From: Octopus bimaculoides
Lineage: Eukaryota
Length of the DNA: 64,000 nt
Direction: 5' to 3'
Assembly: GCF_001194135.2 (NCBI RefSeq)
Contig: NC_068984.1
Span: forward strand, 22,060,214-22,124,213
Numbering within the stretch: the stretch's first letter is position 1; each line of letters opens with the position of its first letter. Shown here in pieces: positions 40,699 to 55,507 of this stretch. Under the pieces are notes generated by a model. That model saw only the letters and a list, made by a program, of their open reading frames with translations, ran no database searches and was not told the DNA's origin. A program made the translations under genes and the position numbers.

Positions 40699-43097
40699 AA
40701 TGTATGTGATTCTGTTAGTTAGAATATGTTGTGCAAAAGGATAANNNNNNNNNNGAGAGAGAGAGAGAGAGTTAATGTATGTGATTCTGTTAGTTAGAAT
40801 ATGTTGTGCAAAAGGATAAACATCACCGAAAACAAATGTTTTACACATGAAGTCCCTGGAGATATTTGTTCTGCTTTGAATTACAGTCATCCCATAAAAT
40901 GCAGGATATCTGTTTTCAATGACGATATTATGCAGTAATTGTGTATACCAGTAAAATATAATAAATAAATAAATAAAATATACACTATGTTCAGTTAAAT
41001 CAACGATTTCCCGACCGAAAATTTTTAACCCTGTGCCAATGCAAGAAATCAATACTGACATAATCGGAAGTCATACTCTAGTGGTTGACTATAAATGGAA
41101 AATAAAAACAAATTTCAAAGGAGTGTAAAGCTCTAATCTTCTAATCTAACAACCATTGCCATCACACTGATATTAATCACTCAATAAAATATAGTTTAGA
41201 AATATTAAATAAAGTTTACACTCAATTCTTAATAAAATTATATTGTTACCTCAGGTGGCGTACTATACCAACCAGAGACTAATTTAAGAGCTTATTGCCC
41301 GATCAAAGAAAGACAGATATAGAGCATTTAAATTAATAATGTTTTCTTCGTATTAAATTCGAAAGTAAAAATTTTAGCAGACGACATCAGTATCAGCGCA
41401 TGAATATATACGATTGGCTTTGTTCCATAACGTCTGTTCATAAACATCATGCCACACTTCTTAGCCACAGGAGTATATAATTTAAGACATATTGAAAATT
41501 CATGAGTGTCATACGCTGAACGGAAATATGAAATAATTTCTTCTAATTTAATATAATTCAAAGATCGTGTGACCACGATAAGTAGCCTGAAGAGACTCAA
41601 AGCTGATCTGAAATGGCGACAGTCTACTTTCATATCACATGATCTCATTATGCTAGGTTTTAGCCTTAAACAAATTTTACCGTAAAACAGGCTTGTTTAC
41701 ATGCACTGAATTACATAGTCACATACTCTATGGTGTAAAGTATATTTAAACTAATCATTATTATTAGGAATATGGCAAGAAATAATTTATTACAAGGAAA
41801 TCATAATTCAGTTTAATTATTAATTCATCATTCGATTAGTGTGAGTGGATTATAGCATAGAAATATGTGGTAGGTGGTGCTGGTGAGTCTCTGTAGGCAG
41901 TCCCTAGGCAATCGCAAAGCCCACTGGATCAAACGTGTACAGCCAAAATATTTATTTTCATTTGATTAATCTCAGGCATAGTAGCCTGGTGGATCCCATT
42001 TCTCTTAATGATACGAGATATCTGTTTTAATTTTAAGAACTTCTACTTATATTTATAGCAAGATTTCTAGATCCTATGTACTGGATAGTTAGGTTTCTAG
42101 GACTGAGGCGCAGCACATTGCCTGTGACAGCATTTGAACTACCAACCCCTAGACTAGTTGAAAGCTATATTATCTAATGAGCCGTCTGCGCTTTTATTAA
42201 CACACAAACTGCCGGACTACCAAAAAAATGCTCGGTGATTTCATTCTTGGCAGTGATGCTGTGTTACTGGCAAATGCTCTTAACACTTGACGATCCATTT
42301 AACTCAGTTATAAAGATGTATAAAACAATGGCTCAGAAAATTATTACAGTGAGGTAAAGTAATGTATAACTAGCAAGTATTTCGCTAGAGTACAAAATTT
42401 AATTCAGCTCCATCTGTTTGTATAGCTCGGGGATAAAATGCACGCCTACACAGATTCATTTGATCAACATTACATGAGAACAAAGTCAGCAATTATGTTT
42501 CGGAAGCCCAATGGGACTCGTCACAAGCCAATATGTTGCAGCAGCTATTATAAAACTATATGACGAGAACCCTTATAATTGCATTTTATCAAAGCATTTT
42601 TCAAACCTAAACCAAACCTTCTAGTAAACAACTCAAAAAGATAATAATGGTTTCGAGGACAAAAGAGATATAATTATAGAAAAAATATAACCGCAGGTAT
42701 ATAGCAGCTAGACATACAACTCCATTAGTTGTAACACAATGCAATGTCACCATTCATGTAGATGTTTGTTCAATCCTGTTCAAATTATCATACGTATTAC
42801 CTATGAATAACACGAAAGTAAGATGTGATAACTGAACAAATGGCCACAGCTGGAACGCTTTCAGCCTTAGATCTGTCCGATCAGAGCTGACCTGAGGCTA
42901 AATAATTAGTTCCTCAATTATTTTCTTAGTACCTTACGTGAATATATGACAGCTGAAGACATCTTGTTCATGTAGGAACTAGAAGAATATCAGTGATACC
43001 AGAAGTGCTACCGTTGTTATTTTAGCACCAGGACAGACGTGATCAAGCAGGCCTAAGATTACGTATCTTCCAGCCGTTACCATTCTGTCTATATATA

Positions 43098-43395
43098 TAT
43101 AACTGGCACTCCGTCGGTAACAACGATGGAGGTTCCAGTTGATCTGATTAAGGAAACAACCCCCTTTGAAATTAACACGCAATTTGCTGAGCACTCCACA
43201 GACTCGCCTACTCATAAAATACTCTCAGAGAGATTCAGCATGATACGGAATGTGACAAGGCTGGCTCTTTTAATTACAGGTACAACTTATTTTTGCCAGC
43301 TGAGTGGACTGGAGCAACTTGAAATAGAGTGTCTTGCACAAGACCACAATGCGTCCCCAGAGATCAAACATACGATCTTAATATCATGAACCGCG
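43098..43395 (-). mobile_element. SINE related to family C (same tail and body, different head)
   Basis: TGGCACTCCGTCG..TTCCAGTTGATC..GCTGAGCACTCCACAGAC..GTGACAAGGCTG shared with 12195-12580; head TTTTGCCAGCTGAGTGGACTGGAGCAAC shared with 5420-5675. Confidence 0.85.
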
Positions 43396-43943
43396 TTGAT
43401 GTACGTATATATAATTCAATACGAGGAAAAACGGTTTCCTTTATAAGGATGGAAAAACATACAATTTCCATTACTTTTTCAGTAAATGCCCAATATGGCA
43501 GAGAAAAGCTTTTCACAACTCAAAAGGGTATATATTCAATGTACAAAATCAAAAAGAAAATGGAGATTTACGATTGCCATATATTAAATATAATTTATTA
43601 ATATTTTAACAAATTATAATTTATTAACAAATTAATAAATTATATTTAAAATATGCCAATCGTAAATCTCCATTTTCCTTTAACTTTTGTGTATATANNN
43701 NNNNNNNNNNNNNNNNNNNNNNNNNNNNNNNNNNNNNNNNNNNNNNNNNNNNNNNNNNNNNNNNNNNNNNNNNNNNNNNNNNNNNNNNNNNNNNNNNNNN
43801 NNNNNNNNNNNNNNNNNNNNNNNNNNNNNNNNNNNNNNNNNNNNNNNNNNNNNNNNNNNNNNNNNNNNNNNNNNNNNNNNNNNNNNNNNNNNNNNNNNNN
43901 NNNNNNNNNNNNNNNNNNNNNNNNNNNNNNNNNNNNNNNNNNN

Positions 43944-43989
<46 letters not shown>

Positions 43990-44824
43990 CATGGGGGAAC
44001 CGCTGTTACTACCATTTCAACCCCAGGAGGACGCCTTCACCAGCTAGTTATTCGATCAGGAACTATGTTAGTCAAAGTATCTTTTATTTCAAACGGTATT
44101 ATATGATAAATAAAGGAGCACTGGCTGCTAATTCTGATGAGCGAAGTGAAAACAAATAAACTCCCGAAGTCACCAATAGATGAAGAGGAATGCTTGATTT
44201 CCAAACACTTACTACAAAAGAATTAACAAGAATTGAAGAACATAATATTTCCAAGGTGAAATTGAAACCGAACTGCAGACTTATGACCTGCAGAAACTCC
44301 AATTAAACGATGTTCGCTACACAAGAATTAATAATATATAAATAAACAAAAACATAGATAAAGAAATGAAGAAAAAATAAACATAGATAAATGCATAAAT
44401 AAGAAGTAGCGAAAACAACAACACATGACCAAATAAATAGCATTTTTTTCTTTATGAGTCACTTTAGCAGCTCAGTTCTCAGATTACCCACGATAACTCG
44501 GCTGTTGTATCTTATCAACTTTCGGGATCCCTTGTCGACTTATAAGTTCTTTTGAAATGGTTTAGATTTCACTTTCAACGTAATCATGCACACAAGAAGC
44601 AGACCGTATTACCAACTACTACTACTACTACTACTACTTTCTCTCCTTCTACAGATGGCATAGTAACTGTTATTTTGGCAGCGGAGCCAGTGACAGCGCT
44701 GGTATCAGCAGCAGTAGTGGCGGTGTCAACAATGGATGCATGGGTAAAGAATGAATGCCTCTCATTTAGATAAACTCTTTGTAGCAATAACTCTTAACGA
44801 AAACAAAAAAAAAATGTGCGTATG

Positions 44825-44867
<43 letters not shown>

Positions 44868-45037
44868 ATACATACATATGTATATAGATAGATGCACACA
44901 CATATATAGACATATATGTTTAGTGATATACAAATGTACAGCACATTTGCACACACACACGCACACACACACACACANNNNNNNNNNNNNNNNNNNNNNN
45001 NNNNNNNNNNNNNNNNNNNNNNNNNNNNNNNNNNNNN

Positions 45038-45068
<31 letters not shown>

Positions 45069-46049
45069 TATTTGTATAATTATATGATACACACAGAGAG
45101 ACACGTATATATCTGTTTAAAGAAAAAACTTGTCTTCTAATTGGGACTCTGATGCGTCAAATCATTAAAAATATTTTTCTTTCATTTCGAATTATCAGAT
45201 TTGCCTTTGTTTTGTGTATATTTGGTTCCATAGTGTTTACCTCTTCAAGATGCATGTCTCCATTAATTAAAGTTTTCATGTTCGCCACGTCACTATTAAC
45301 ATATACAATCATTAATTGCAATTGAGAATGTCTGTATGCTTTCACATGTGTACAAATGAGTCTAGCACAAATTTCATATCAATGTATGTATGTATATGCA
45401 TGGATTTAGCATAAATATGTTTTGTTGTTGTGGCTGTTCTTCAGCTCCCGGTTAAACTGATTAAGCAAACCAGTGATAAAATGTGTTCCAAGCGTGCCAA
45501 CCCTCTCGTAATTTTGGGCAAAGTATAACTAGGAAAACATTACGCAATGCATGTTTTCCCATTTGCAATACGGTAGAGTATGATGTGATATTAGACTACT
45601 ATTTCTGGCAGTTCGAGAAAACGCAGGCTGTATTTATATGCATCTGTGTATGCATTAAAGTTAAGTTAAACAAGGAAAGAAACTCAAAGAGCTGTTAGGT
45701 GTTTTCCTTATTTTATTCACATTGGTATACATCGCGGGAGCGAGGTACAGGAATGTGGAGATTATTTTCCATAAAATAAATATAATTTGGTCAGAATTTG
45801 AAACTTCTATCACCTGACAGGAAATGGCGTTGTTCTTACATAATATGTATTAAATGACCTTCAGTACATTATGACTGGAAAACAAACTATAACTTCAATC
45901 CAATTCTAATCAATACCAAATTATGTAAAATTTCATACGTAAGCATCTTAAGTCATGAAATGTTCTGCAAATATATACAAACATAATAAAATTATATAAA
46001 CTACGTGAAAAAGCAATAAAACTTAAGTCTAAAGAAAATCTTGTAAATT

Positions 46050-48690
46050 TGTTGTAATCCAATTAGATGGGGCATAAAAGATTACAAACCGAAATACAAA
46101 CACACAACCAAAATGGGTCACATCCCTCTAAAAATTATTGAGAGTCATGTAGAAACCGTCATCAGATGCAAAATGAATAATAAATTAGCAAATCAACAGC
46201 TGAAGCTATAAGAGAGACAATTTAAAGTCTACAGCAATTGCCGACTTCATGGATAAATTAGTTGCCCGGAAATACGAATAACAAGCAGTAAATCAAAGGC
46301 TATATCATCGTAAGGATTTATAAGATAGACAGACACTGATCCTCAAGCTTACAGCCAAGTGGTATATCACAACATGAAAGTCCATACAATCTAGGTTGCA
46401 AAGGCTCCCGCCAAGATGATCTAGAGCTATTAGGGAGTGGGATCTGGAATGTAAACAAACAAGTACCGTGAAACAAAGTGGTTAATGAAATTACATAGTT
46501 AATATTATGGTAGTGACTCCTAAAATATATATCACCAATGAATCTCTCCGGATACTTGATACAGATCAGCCGCATGGAAAATCGGCCGGGAGAGATCTAG
46601 TAGTCATTTACGAGTACAAGAAGTTCAAGTTCTACAGAGGAGTTCTCGCTAACACGTTCAAAAGAATAATCGAAAATGAACTCGATGTGCCAGACTGGTC
46701 AAAGGTTGCACGGTCAACACACAAATGTATGAAGCAAGAAGCTCAAGTGGTCGATGACTAACCACTCATAGCATGGCTAAATACTCTTTTACTCTTTTAT
46801 TTGTTGCAGTCATTTGACTGCGGCCATGCTGGAACACCGCCTTTAGTAGATCAAATCGACCCCAGGACTTATTCTTTGTAAGTCTAGTACTTATTCAATC
46901 GGCTCCCTTTTCCCGAACCTCAAATCCACTCAAATCCACTCACAAGGCTTTGATCAGCCCGAAGCTATAATAGAAGATACTTGCCCAAGGTGCCACGCAG
47001 TGCGACTGAACCCGGAACCATGTGGTTCGTAAGTAAGCTACTTACTACACAGCCACTCCTACACCTATGTATAAACTGTATATAATTTTCATGAATGTAT
47101 TTCTCCTGTATCGCTATAAAACCAGTAACGTGGTGAATAAGAAGTGAGACGAAAGAACTAAGTCAGGAGGTGTGTCAAACAGGTCCTCAGAAAAAAAAAA
47201 CTGTCTTTAAGGAAACGAAACACCAACAAAGTCTACTGTTTGCATGGGCATATTATGAGAAAACATTTGAGTCTGTTCCTCATTCCCGGATACTGGAGCC
47301 ACTATATTTGGCCTTGGTTCAATATATTATAGTCGATATCATTGAGAGAAAAAAAAACATGGTGCACACAGTTATCGATAACAACTTAACCTTCTTCTAT
47401 AATCACAAACAGAATTTGGCTGTCGACTAGAATATTTCAAAGTGGCAGCTTGCCTGAAATATTTTGTTTCTGGCATCCATTCTGTCGAGGAAATACAAGT
47501 GCTACGAATTAGGATCTACAGACAAAAATATTTAACTTAGGCTTTATTCAAGTAATATTAACGACGGCAAGAGACAACGTTCTCGTGGGACAAAGGAATG
47601 GAGTTTGGTTAGAATAAGTGCTTAAATCTGGTTCTCAATCGAAGAAAAATTATTGACTAGACAAAATTTATGGATATTAATGATATTTCGGCCATATATA
47701 TTTCCAACGGCGAGTACTACACTTATATCGAAATCGATGAGTATATGGCATAAATTGGAGTTGTAATTAAAACCAAATCTGTGCACATTCAATAAGACCA
47801 TATCACATAGTGAGTTTACAGTACAGCTAGTATTTGGAATATTAGACAGGACATTTAAAAAGATCCGTGACATCAGAATCAAAACTAAGAAGAATCTAAC
47901 CATCACTGTTATCTTCTACATCAACATTGCTACTAAGAGGATCTGTGTTAATTGAAGAGATAGAGGCTCAGGCATTAACTCACCACAAACGGCCTTTGAG
48001 AGCTGCTTCCTTATCATTTAGACAACTCCTACTCTGCTGAACAATAAAAGCAAAAGTGAATATACTCCATGTGAACTCAACAGCAAAAGCATTAATAACA
48101 AGGCAAAGTGAAGAAAGCTTCAATAAATTGTCTGCGTATTTAGCTAATCCATGTGAACAAAGATTAGTTGCACTAGCTTCAAATGACTAAGAATAGAAAC
48201 ATTCATTATATTAATAGAAATATATTCGTGAATGTATGTTCACAAATTAGAGGATATGAACAATATAGAGTCGAAGAGTAAAAGCTCATGTACTTGTGAT
48301 AGGTACGCCAATGTCACCAACAAGAATATGCATTTGTTACTCAGGAACATAAGATAGTTTCTACATCACTAGGAAACATAATAAAGCCTCTAAATCTTCA
48401 AATTGTGATATAAAATCTGGAGTACGTGAAACCAGTGGGGAAAATAACATCCATATCATCATCAGTTATCTAAAAGTGCCCGTAAGATATTACCCCAGCA
48501 TGAGTCATGATATTTGTGCTAAAAACATTTACAATAATATTCACAGGAAAGATTATCCAGGCTGTCGTACAAAGGGTACACAAGAATCTGTATATACCAT
48601 CATCTTTTAAAAGAAGAAACAGTACAATACTGGTAGCTCAGTACAATACAACAACCACTCGCTATATGTAGAATATAGAGGATATTGTTT
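46050..48690 (+). mobile_element. R4/Dong-clade non-LTR retrotransposon, decayed RT to zinc-knuckle region, copy 2 (interrupted by a SINE at 46782-47067)
   Basis: Ordered motifs: KSAGRDLVVIYEYKKFKFYR (46507-46761 ORF; cf. K.PG.D.I.GYW.K); SLLFAWAYYEKTFESVPHSRILE (47170-47430 ORF; cf. L..AW.DY.KAFDSVPH.WI); FG*NKCLNLVLNR; FGILD; RDRGSGINSPQTAFES (cf. R..GGRGL); EYAFVTQEHKI; IIISYLKVPVRYYPSMSHDICAK (cf. HIIS.CPKM..RYYLP.RHD). Many stops and frameshifts. Confidence 0.88.
46782..47067 (-). mobile_element. SINE family B, internally deleted, nested in R4/Dong LINE copy 2
   Basis: Tail CAGTCATTTGACTGCGGCCATGCTGG joined to head CAAATCCACTCACAAGGC..GCCCAAGGTGCCACGCAGTG with the microsatellite centre missing; LINE motifs resume on both sides. 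Confidence 0.92.
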
Positions 48691-48867
48691 TATAGGAGTA
48701 GGAAACAAAAATGGTGAACTCTCGTAGAGGTCAACTGCTCAGAGGATGTGAACGTCTCATTTAAATAAAGGAAAATAAGAACATATACAGCGAGCTAATG
48801 AGGAATATACAGCTCTTGTATCGACACTAACAAAACAACCCTTGTCACTGACAATAATAGTGCATTG

Positions 48868-49085
48868 GAAGGCAGCAACTGGTAGATTCGTTAGCACGCT
48901 AGGCGAAATGCTTAGCGGCATTTTGTCTGTCTTTGCGTTCTGCGTTCAAATTCCGCTGAGGTCGACTTTGCCTGTCATCGTTACGGAGGTCGACAGAATA
49001 AGTGCCAGTTGAACAATGGAGTCGATGTAATTGACTTACTCCCTCTCCGAAACTGCTGGCCTTGTGCCAAAATTTGAAACCAATA
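48868..49085 (+). mobile_element. SINE family A, single copy
   Basis: GTTAGCACGCTAGGCGAAATGCTTAGCGG...GTTCAAATTCCGCTGAGGTCGACTTTGCC...GGCCTTGTGCC. Confidence 0.9.
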
Positions 49086-49534
49086 ATAGAGCACTGGGCA
49101 GTGCAACGACAAATCTTCAAAAAAGCCTCGAAATGTTACGATTCTCCAAGAAAGAACAAAGCAAATTAACTCGTACCCTCCAATTCCAATCGATTCGAAG
49201 AATAGCGAAAATTTGTAACAAAAATTCTCTGGATTCTCCATCTGCGCTGCTTAGCATAAACATATGCACACAATCACATGTGCAGAAGGCTTGCACTAAG
49301 ATACAAATACAAGCACTTATATACTACATATTTAGTTGTTAACCTATTCGTAAGTGCAAAGTATGTACAGATGCATCAACAGATGCACAAACCAGTTCAC
49401 TCACATATTCAGAAATATTAGACACTGTCTTCACTCATGCGAAAGAAACTTGTCACATAGTAAGTGACCGTCTGAAATCGTGCAAAGGAAAACGTAAGAA
49501 AACGTAAGTAAAACATACATGTATACATGCATTA

Positions 49535-49800
49535 GCGCAACATGGCTACGCGATTAAGAATTTCGCTTTGCAACCTGTTTTCAGGGCCTCACTGCGCAGC
49601 ATCTTGACCAAGTGTCTTCTACTATGTAACACTGGGCTGACCATTGTCTTGTAAGTGAATTTGGTAAACGGAAATAATATGGAAGCCGCTCGTATATACA
49701 TGCGTGTATGTGTAGAGTGTTTTCACCCCAGGGCTTGGCAACTGGTGCTTGTTTGCTTATATTGCCGTAACATAGCGGTTCGGTAAACGTAAAAAAAGAT
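49535..49800 (+). mobile_element. SINE family B, degraded
   Basis: CACTGCGCAGCATCTTGACCAAGTGTCTTCTACTAT..GTAAGTGAATTTGGTAAACGGAAA..CCGTAACATAGCGGTTCGGTAAA. Confidence 0.75.
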
Positions 49801-51689
49801 TCCAATCGGTACAGAACAAGTTATTTTACAGTATAAATCTAAAGAATATAAAACGTATAAAACTAAGAATCTAAGAAAAAACAGCGCAGAATGTGGGAAT
49901 ATACGGTTAAGTGGTACAAGTCTCCATAAATTATCTAATTTTAGAGTTATTACTACCGCTCATGGACGTGCGCTACAGTGAGCTGAGTTGTACTAAAGAA
50001 GCTAATTCTAAAACTTACGTTCCTTAATACCTTTGAGGAAAGTATGTACTTTAATATATTCCATTATTCATCGTATATAAATGTAAAAAAAAATAAATCC
50101 AAAGACTCACGTATCATTACTTAATTACAGCTATAATAGTGAATAGACAACCTTACAATATTTAATTTCCACAGTTTACATATTTATTGCAGGCAATTAT
50201 TTGATAAAGTAACTTATACGTTGCCCGTAATAACTTGATAAGCTGGAAGACGGACAAGGCAGTTCATTTATCTGTCTGATTTGTGTATCCTTTGTCAAAT
50301 AATTAGCGGTAACAAATTAAGGATGATTTAATTCACTCACCCGTACACAAACAAAATTGGTAGGGAGACAAGAGTAAAAGAAGCCTACATTTTACTGCAG
50401 TTTTATGACATCTCGAATGGTATAGGCAATAGTAATATATCTTATTTCACTTATTTCATGTTGACAGACTTGAACAAACGTAGGCCCGTGGAAAATATTC
50501 CAATTTTTCGCTAAGTGTCATGTTCATTGATAGAGCTGTCAAGAAGTAAAAAAAATTGCAAGGATTTAATACATCCATGATGAAAAGAGAAAAGGTTGGT
50601 TATAATCTATTAGGTAAAAAGATCAAATGTTAATTCAGGCTAAAAAGTAAAGATGATACAGAAATCAGTTAAACAACAACTAACCGAGAAGACAGCGTTT
50701 AGTCTCTGAAACAGTACTTCAATGTGCCTGTCTGTTGTCAAGGCTATTAAAGTGTTCCTGACCTACATCCGATAGCATAAAGTAGGTACTATTGTTGGGT
50801 ATAATACCACATAGTTGAAAGTGACAGCTACATTATACTTGGCGATTGTTTCGTTACCGTTACTGTTCTAAGTTAAATCGCATTTGAGAATATCTGGTTT
50901 CAACCTAAAATCTCATCTCCTACATACTCTAAACGTTATATAGAGCAAAAAGCAAAACGGTTAAGGTAGTTTAAGAATAATTAACTCGATAGTTCATTTT
51001 ATCATGCTTTCATCATTAAAAAAAAAAGCAGAGGTCTCATCATTTTAAATAAGTAGATAAGTATGGAATTGTTTCACATATAAGTAGACAGAGAACCAGT
51101 ATGAAGCCAAGTTCTCTGGCTATGATAACCAGGCAACTGATGTAATGCTGTACGTGTCTTTCGTTTGGTTAAGTACTTAGCCTGTGGTATAGAATATTTG
51201 TGTAGATTAGTTTGTAAAAGAGTAGTAACAATATATTTACAGAAAGGACTTAAATGGGGAAAAGGATTAAGTGGGAAACGTCAACGCTGTCGAGTCTTTT
51301 ATTTCTTTTTTTCCAGTTTCAGTCATCACACTGCAGCCATGTTGGGACTCTGCCTTCAAGAACTTAATCGATCATATTGATCCCAGTACGTATTTTCGTC
51401 TAGTATTGATTTTATGGAATAATTAACTTACTTTTTGTTATAACACTAGCTGTTCATAGACAGTATTGTATCACAAACATTAAAACACAATTCACATTAA
51501 AGTATGAATTCATATATAAACATTCACACATATATATATTCATATATAAATACATGAACATACATAAATTTATTAATACAAGTACATGTATACGTTCTAA
51601 GTTTGCAGGCTGAGTCCTTTGTACTGTAGATGACATCAATGCCAATACCGGTGTTTGTGACTTCAACTCTAAAGTTGCGTATCAGATGC

Positions 51690-52050
51690 ATATAAACATG
51701 AAACTGAACAGGGTGGGATCAAGGCCAGAATCCTGTTTCACTCCGTTAGAGAAAGAAAATTATTCTGATGTCTCTCTATTGTCTTGAACTCTGTGCTACG
51801 ATGAGCTGAAGCATGGTAAACGTTCCAGAGAAGGTCCGAAGAAGTGCTACTGCGAAATTTTGACAGGTTTACTGACAGCATAGCGGACAGTGTAGTATAG
51901 GGAAATGGTGCATCGTTGAGCAAAGCTGAAGGCGAGGAAGAAATGTGCCTTCTTATCTGCCACTGCCTCCTATTTTCACCTCCTTGTGTGGATTGGACTA
52001 AACATCCACTTGCGCGCTCACAAGGTTCTACCATCCAGGATGACGAGATG
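51690..52050 (+). mobile_element. RTE-clade (BovB-like) LINE 3' end remnant
   Basis: From 51797 reads YDELKHGKRSREGPKKCYCE (cf. RTE LYGEL..GKR..GGP.KRYKD); downstream GLNIHLRAHK resembles the terminal GL.SH.R.H motif. Confidence 0.8.
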
Positions 52051-52448
52051 GCTCTTGTATTGCAAGACTAATCCATACTTTAATAAACTGTCAGCAGTCC
52101 ACTTTGTAAATCCAAAATTTAGTCACCAAGTAAAATTGGTGTGATGTTACAGAGTATTATAGAAAAGACGAACAATAATAGATATTTATACATTTTATTC
52201 CAGTTTACACGAGCTTCTAAGTCCAATGTGATTCTGTTCTGAAGATAACGTGGGTGAATCTGTTGTCCTCTTTGTTCAATTAGTCAATTGTGGGATCGAT
52301 TAATAGATGTGATTATTGCATTTGGGAACTACGACTTTCTAAATTTAAGGGAAACATGTGTAAGCTGGAATAACATGTATAAATATTCATTACCTTTTGT
52401 TCCTCATATAAATATGAATACATACACACACACATGTATACACACACA

Positions 52449-52507
<59 letters not shown>

Positions 52508-54689
52508 GCATGACGAGGTTACAAAATTCTACTCACAAGGTAATATTTACTTTGAGTTTCAACATCAGTAGCTGAAGAGAAACATTAGTGAGCTATTTGA
52601 AACTGATTCAATTTTAGGAGAGAAAGAATCGCAACAAATGTTTTATCAGGAGTTAAGTGACGGTACATGGTGTGCTTTGAGTTAATATACAATGAACAGA
52701 GGACTTTGCTAATTGCAACGGCAAATGGGTAATGAATACGTTGTTAAATTGTGCCAGTTATTGAACGTTTGTTGATTATTCTTTTTTGGAAAGCAATAAA
52801 GAGAAATGTATTTTAAATAGGAGTCAAAGACCTTTCACGGTTTTCGCTCACCAAAAGATATTTTTTTACATTTTGGTGCTGTATCTTATACAACGGTCAT
52901 TGATATTGAATATACGTTTCGGTTACTTTCTATGCTCTCGGATCGGTCATATTGAATCAGGAATTTATCTGAAATTAAGCGATGATATTTCAATATTGTG
53001 AATAATGCTAGGTATTCAAAGCATGTTATATCTTAAACTGTCTAAACATTCGTTAGTAGCTGCCTTAATGTTAATGTCCATTCGTAAAGTTACTTACAAT
53101 ATACAACAGTCAACTATATGAAATGCTAGATCAGTATAAGCTGGCCGGGCATCATTTTCAACTTAAAATTCTCTGTTCAGGTATCTAAAATCACTAAGAG
53201 GATTTATTTTAAAGAAATGAGATTATCAGAATGATTTCTTGCAACTCATGCCAACTAACTCTAAAGCAGTTATGACGAATTCAGTAAGTTTTTCTAATAA
53301 TGTGAAGAAAAGCTACGGCATTTTCAACATATTGTGACTAACTGTCTACTTATAAACCATATCATATTGCGGACAACATATTTTCGATGATAAAGGTTAC
53401 ACGGTACGGGAATCACATGCGAAAGAAGGAATAATTTATACAAAACATAGCCCAAGCATTATGTCGCCAATATCATGTGAAGATTAAATTACTGGTGCAT
53501 TAACAATATGTTGTTTTATTGCTATAATGCCCCATAGACAAATTCAATAGCCAACACTATGAACACATATCATTGTTATCTATTCTAGCATTTTTGTGAG
53601 CATAAAACAGAAGATTTGAATTGCTTTTAATCCTCACATTGCGATTTCTCCAGTAACTGCACAGGAACATATTATTTACCATCTCAATATTATTAAAGGC
53701 TTCACGGATTTTGATGAGCCAGTCGTGTATATAATACTTTCCTGGCAGCGAGTTCGAGTATAAATCATGCGTTAGCTTATGAAACTATAGATATATGTTG
53801 CAGTACAATGAGCCATAAAACGATACTCCGTAACGCACCATATCTAATCTTCACACGCACACACACTCACACATGCATATTTCTATATGTATAAAATACT
53901 GGGCATGCACATCCGTGTACATGCATACACATGCAGTGTATTTGTGTGGTTGTGTGTGTTATATTTGTCGAGACTATTTGTACAACTTATACAAGGAGTT
54001 AGAATTTCTTGCCAAGGCACTCGACGATCTCTCGGGCCTTGATGTAATTCCAGTTGTATATTCAGTTAATAAAAAATAACATATACCCAGCTTTATGTAG
54101 TGACTTTTCTGAGGTACATCCATACACATAGGTACGTTGTATGTACGAATGTGTGCGTGTGTGTGTGTGCACGTGTGCGCGTGCTTGTATGTACATAAAT
54201 GGACCACCTACAACTATTCATAAAAATAGAAGTGCTGTCTGCATTCTTGATTTCATTCAAGCCATGCGATGCTGTTGAGTCTACGCAATACCTTCGAGAC
54301 CATATTCAAGATAACTGCGTTTAAGATAATGATACAATTCAACAGTACTTTTACTTGCAAACAGATTACAAAAGTAATACTGTTTTCGATTAGTTTAGGG
54401 TATATTTTCTTACAGAGCAATTTTTTCGCGGTAAATAGATCTTTTACCTAGTCTTATTTCATACTTTTCCCTTTTTTTCCCCCTCTTTTCAGACATTCAT
54501 ATATTAATATATGTCTGTCTGTATTTCTGTCTCTCATCCGGTCTGTCTGTCTGCCTGCCTGTCTGTGTGTCTGTCTATCTATCTATCTATTTATCTGTAT
54601 ATATTGGCATGTATGTATGTGTATGTGATTAGCATGGCTAAGTGAAGAACAAAGAGAAAACATCCACACAAACGTATACATGTATATGC

Positions 54690-55075
54690 ATATACATATT
54701 ATATAATCATAAATATGTATATATGCATATATACATACATAAACATATGCATATATATATATATATATACATGTATATATATGTGCATATGTATATACAT
54801 ATATATATTCATATATATATATATACACACAGATATATATATATATATATACATATATATATGCATATATATACATAAATATATATACATATATATATGC
54901 ATATATATGCATACATATATATATATATATGCGCATATCTATATACATACATTGACAAATACTTAGGTAGACTGGTAGATATAAATTCATAATTGTGTAC
55001 ACAAATGTGTACATATATATATATACATATATATATATGTATGCATATATATACATATATATATGTATGCACGCG
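54690..55075. repeat. Degenerate (TA)/(CA)/(TG) simple-sequence block
   Basis: Alternating purine-pyrimidine sequence throughout. Similar blocks at about 675-750, 820-862, 1034-1100, 8277-8356, 10400-11006, 18690-18780, 20160-20273, 28780-28930, 29480-29630, 36210-36416, 44820-45066, 59170-59420 and 60400-61135. Confidence 0.95.
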
Positions 55076-55467
55076 CCCGTGTGTGTATACGCATGCCTGT
55101 ATAATACTCTCGCACATACACACAAACCGCACGCACATACACACGCACAAACACTTATACAGAAAGACATGCAAATGAATATAGGAAGCCACATACATAG
55201 ACACTGATAAACTGTTGGCGTAAGAAGTCCTATAAGCAACATAGACTGAATCAATGTTAAGAAACTGAGCTTTAGTAAACTAGAAAGGACACAGCTAATT
55301 AGAAAATTCCAATTACCAGTCTTTAATGGAACTAGAAAATTGTGTACAAGATTCCAGAAATTTAGCCGGTAGCAAATATCTCTACAGACATGTAGGCATG
55401 CAAATATATACACATTCTAATTCAAATGCACGCGTTATGTTTGCACACACACACATGTGTACATACG

Positions 55468-55507
<40 letters not shown>

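Noticed and set aside
44654-44745. Exon-like segment after TCTCCTTCTACAG
   Set aside because: It is a degenerate (AGC/GGT/AGT)n tract continuing the (ACT)n run; open frames come from low complexity.
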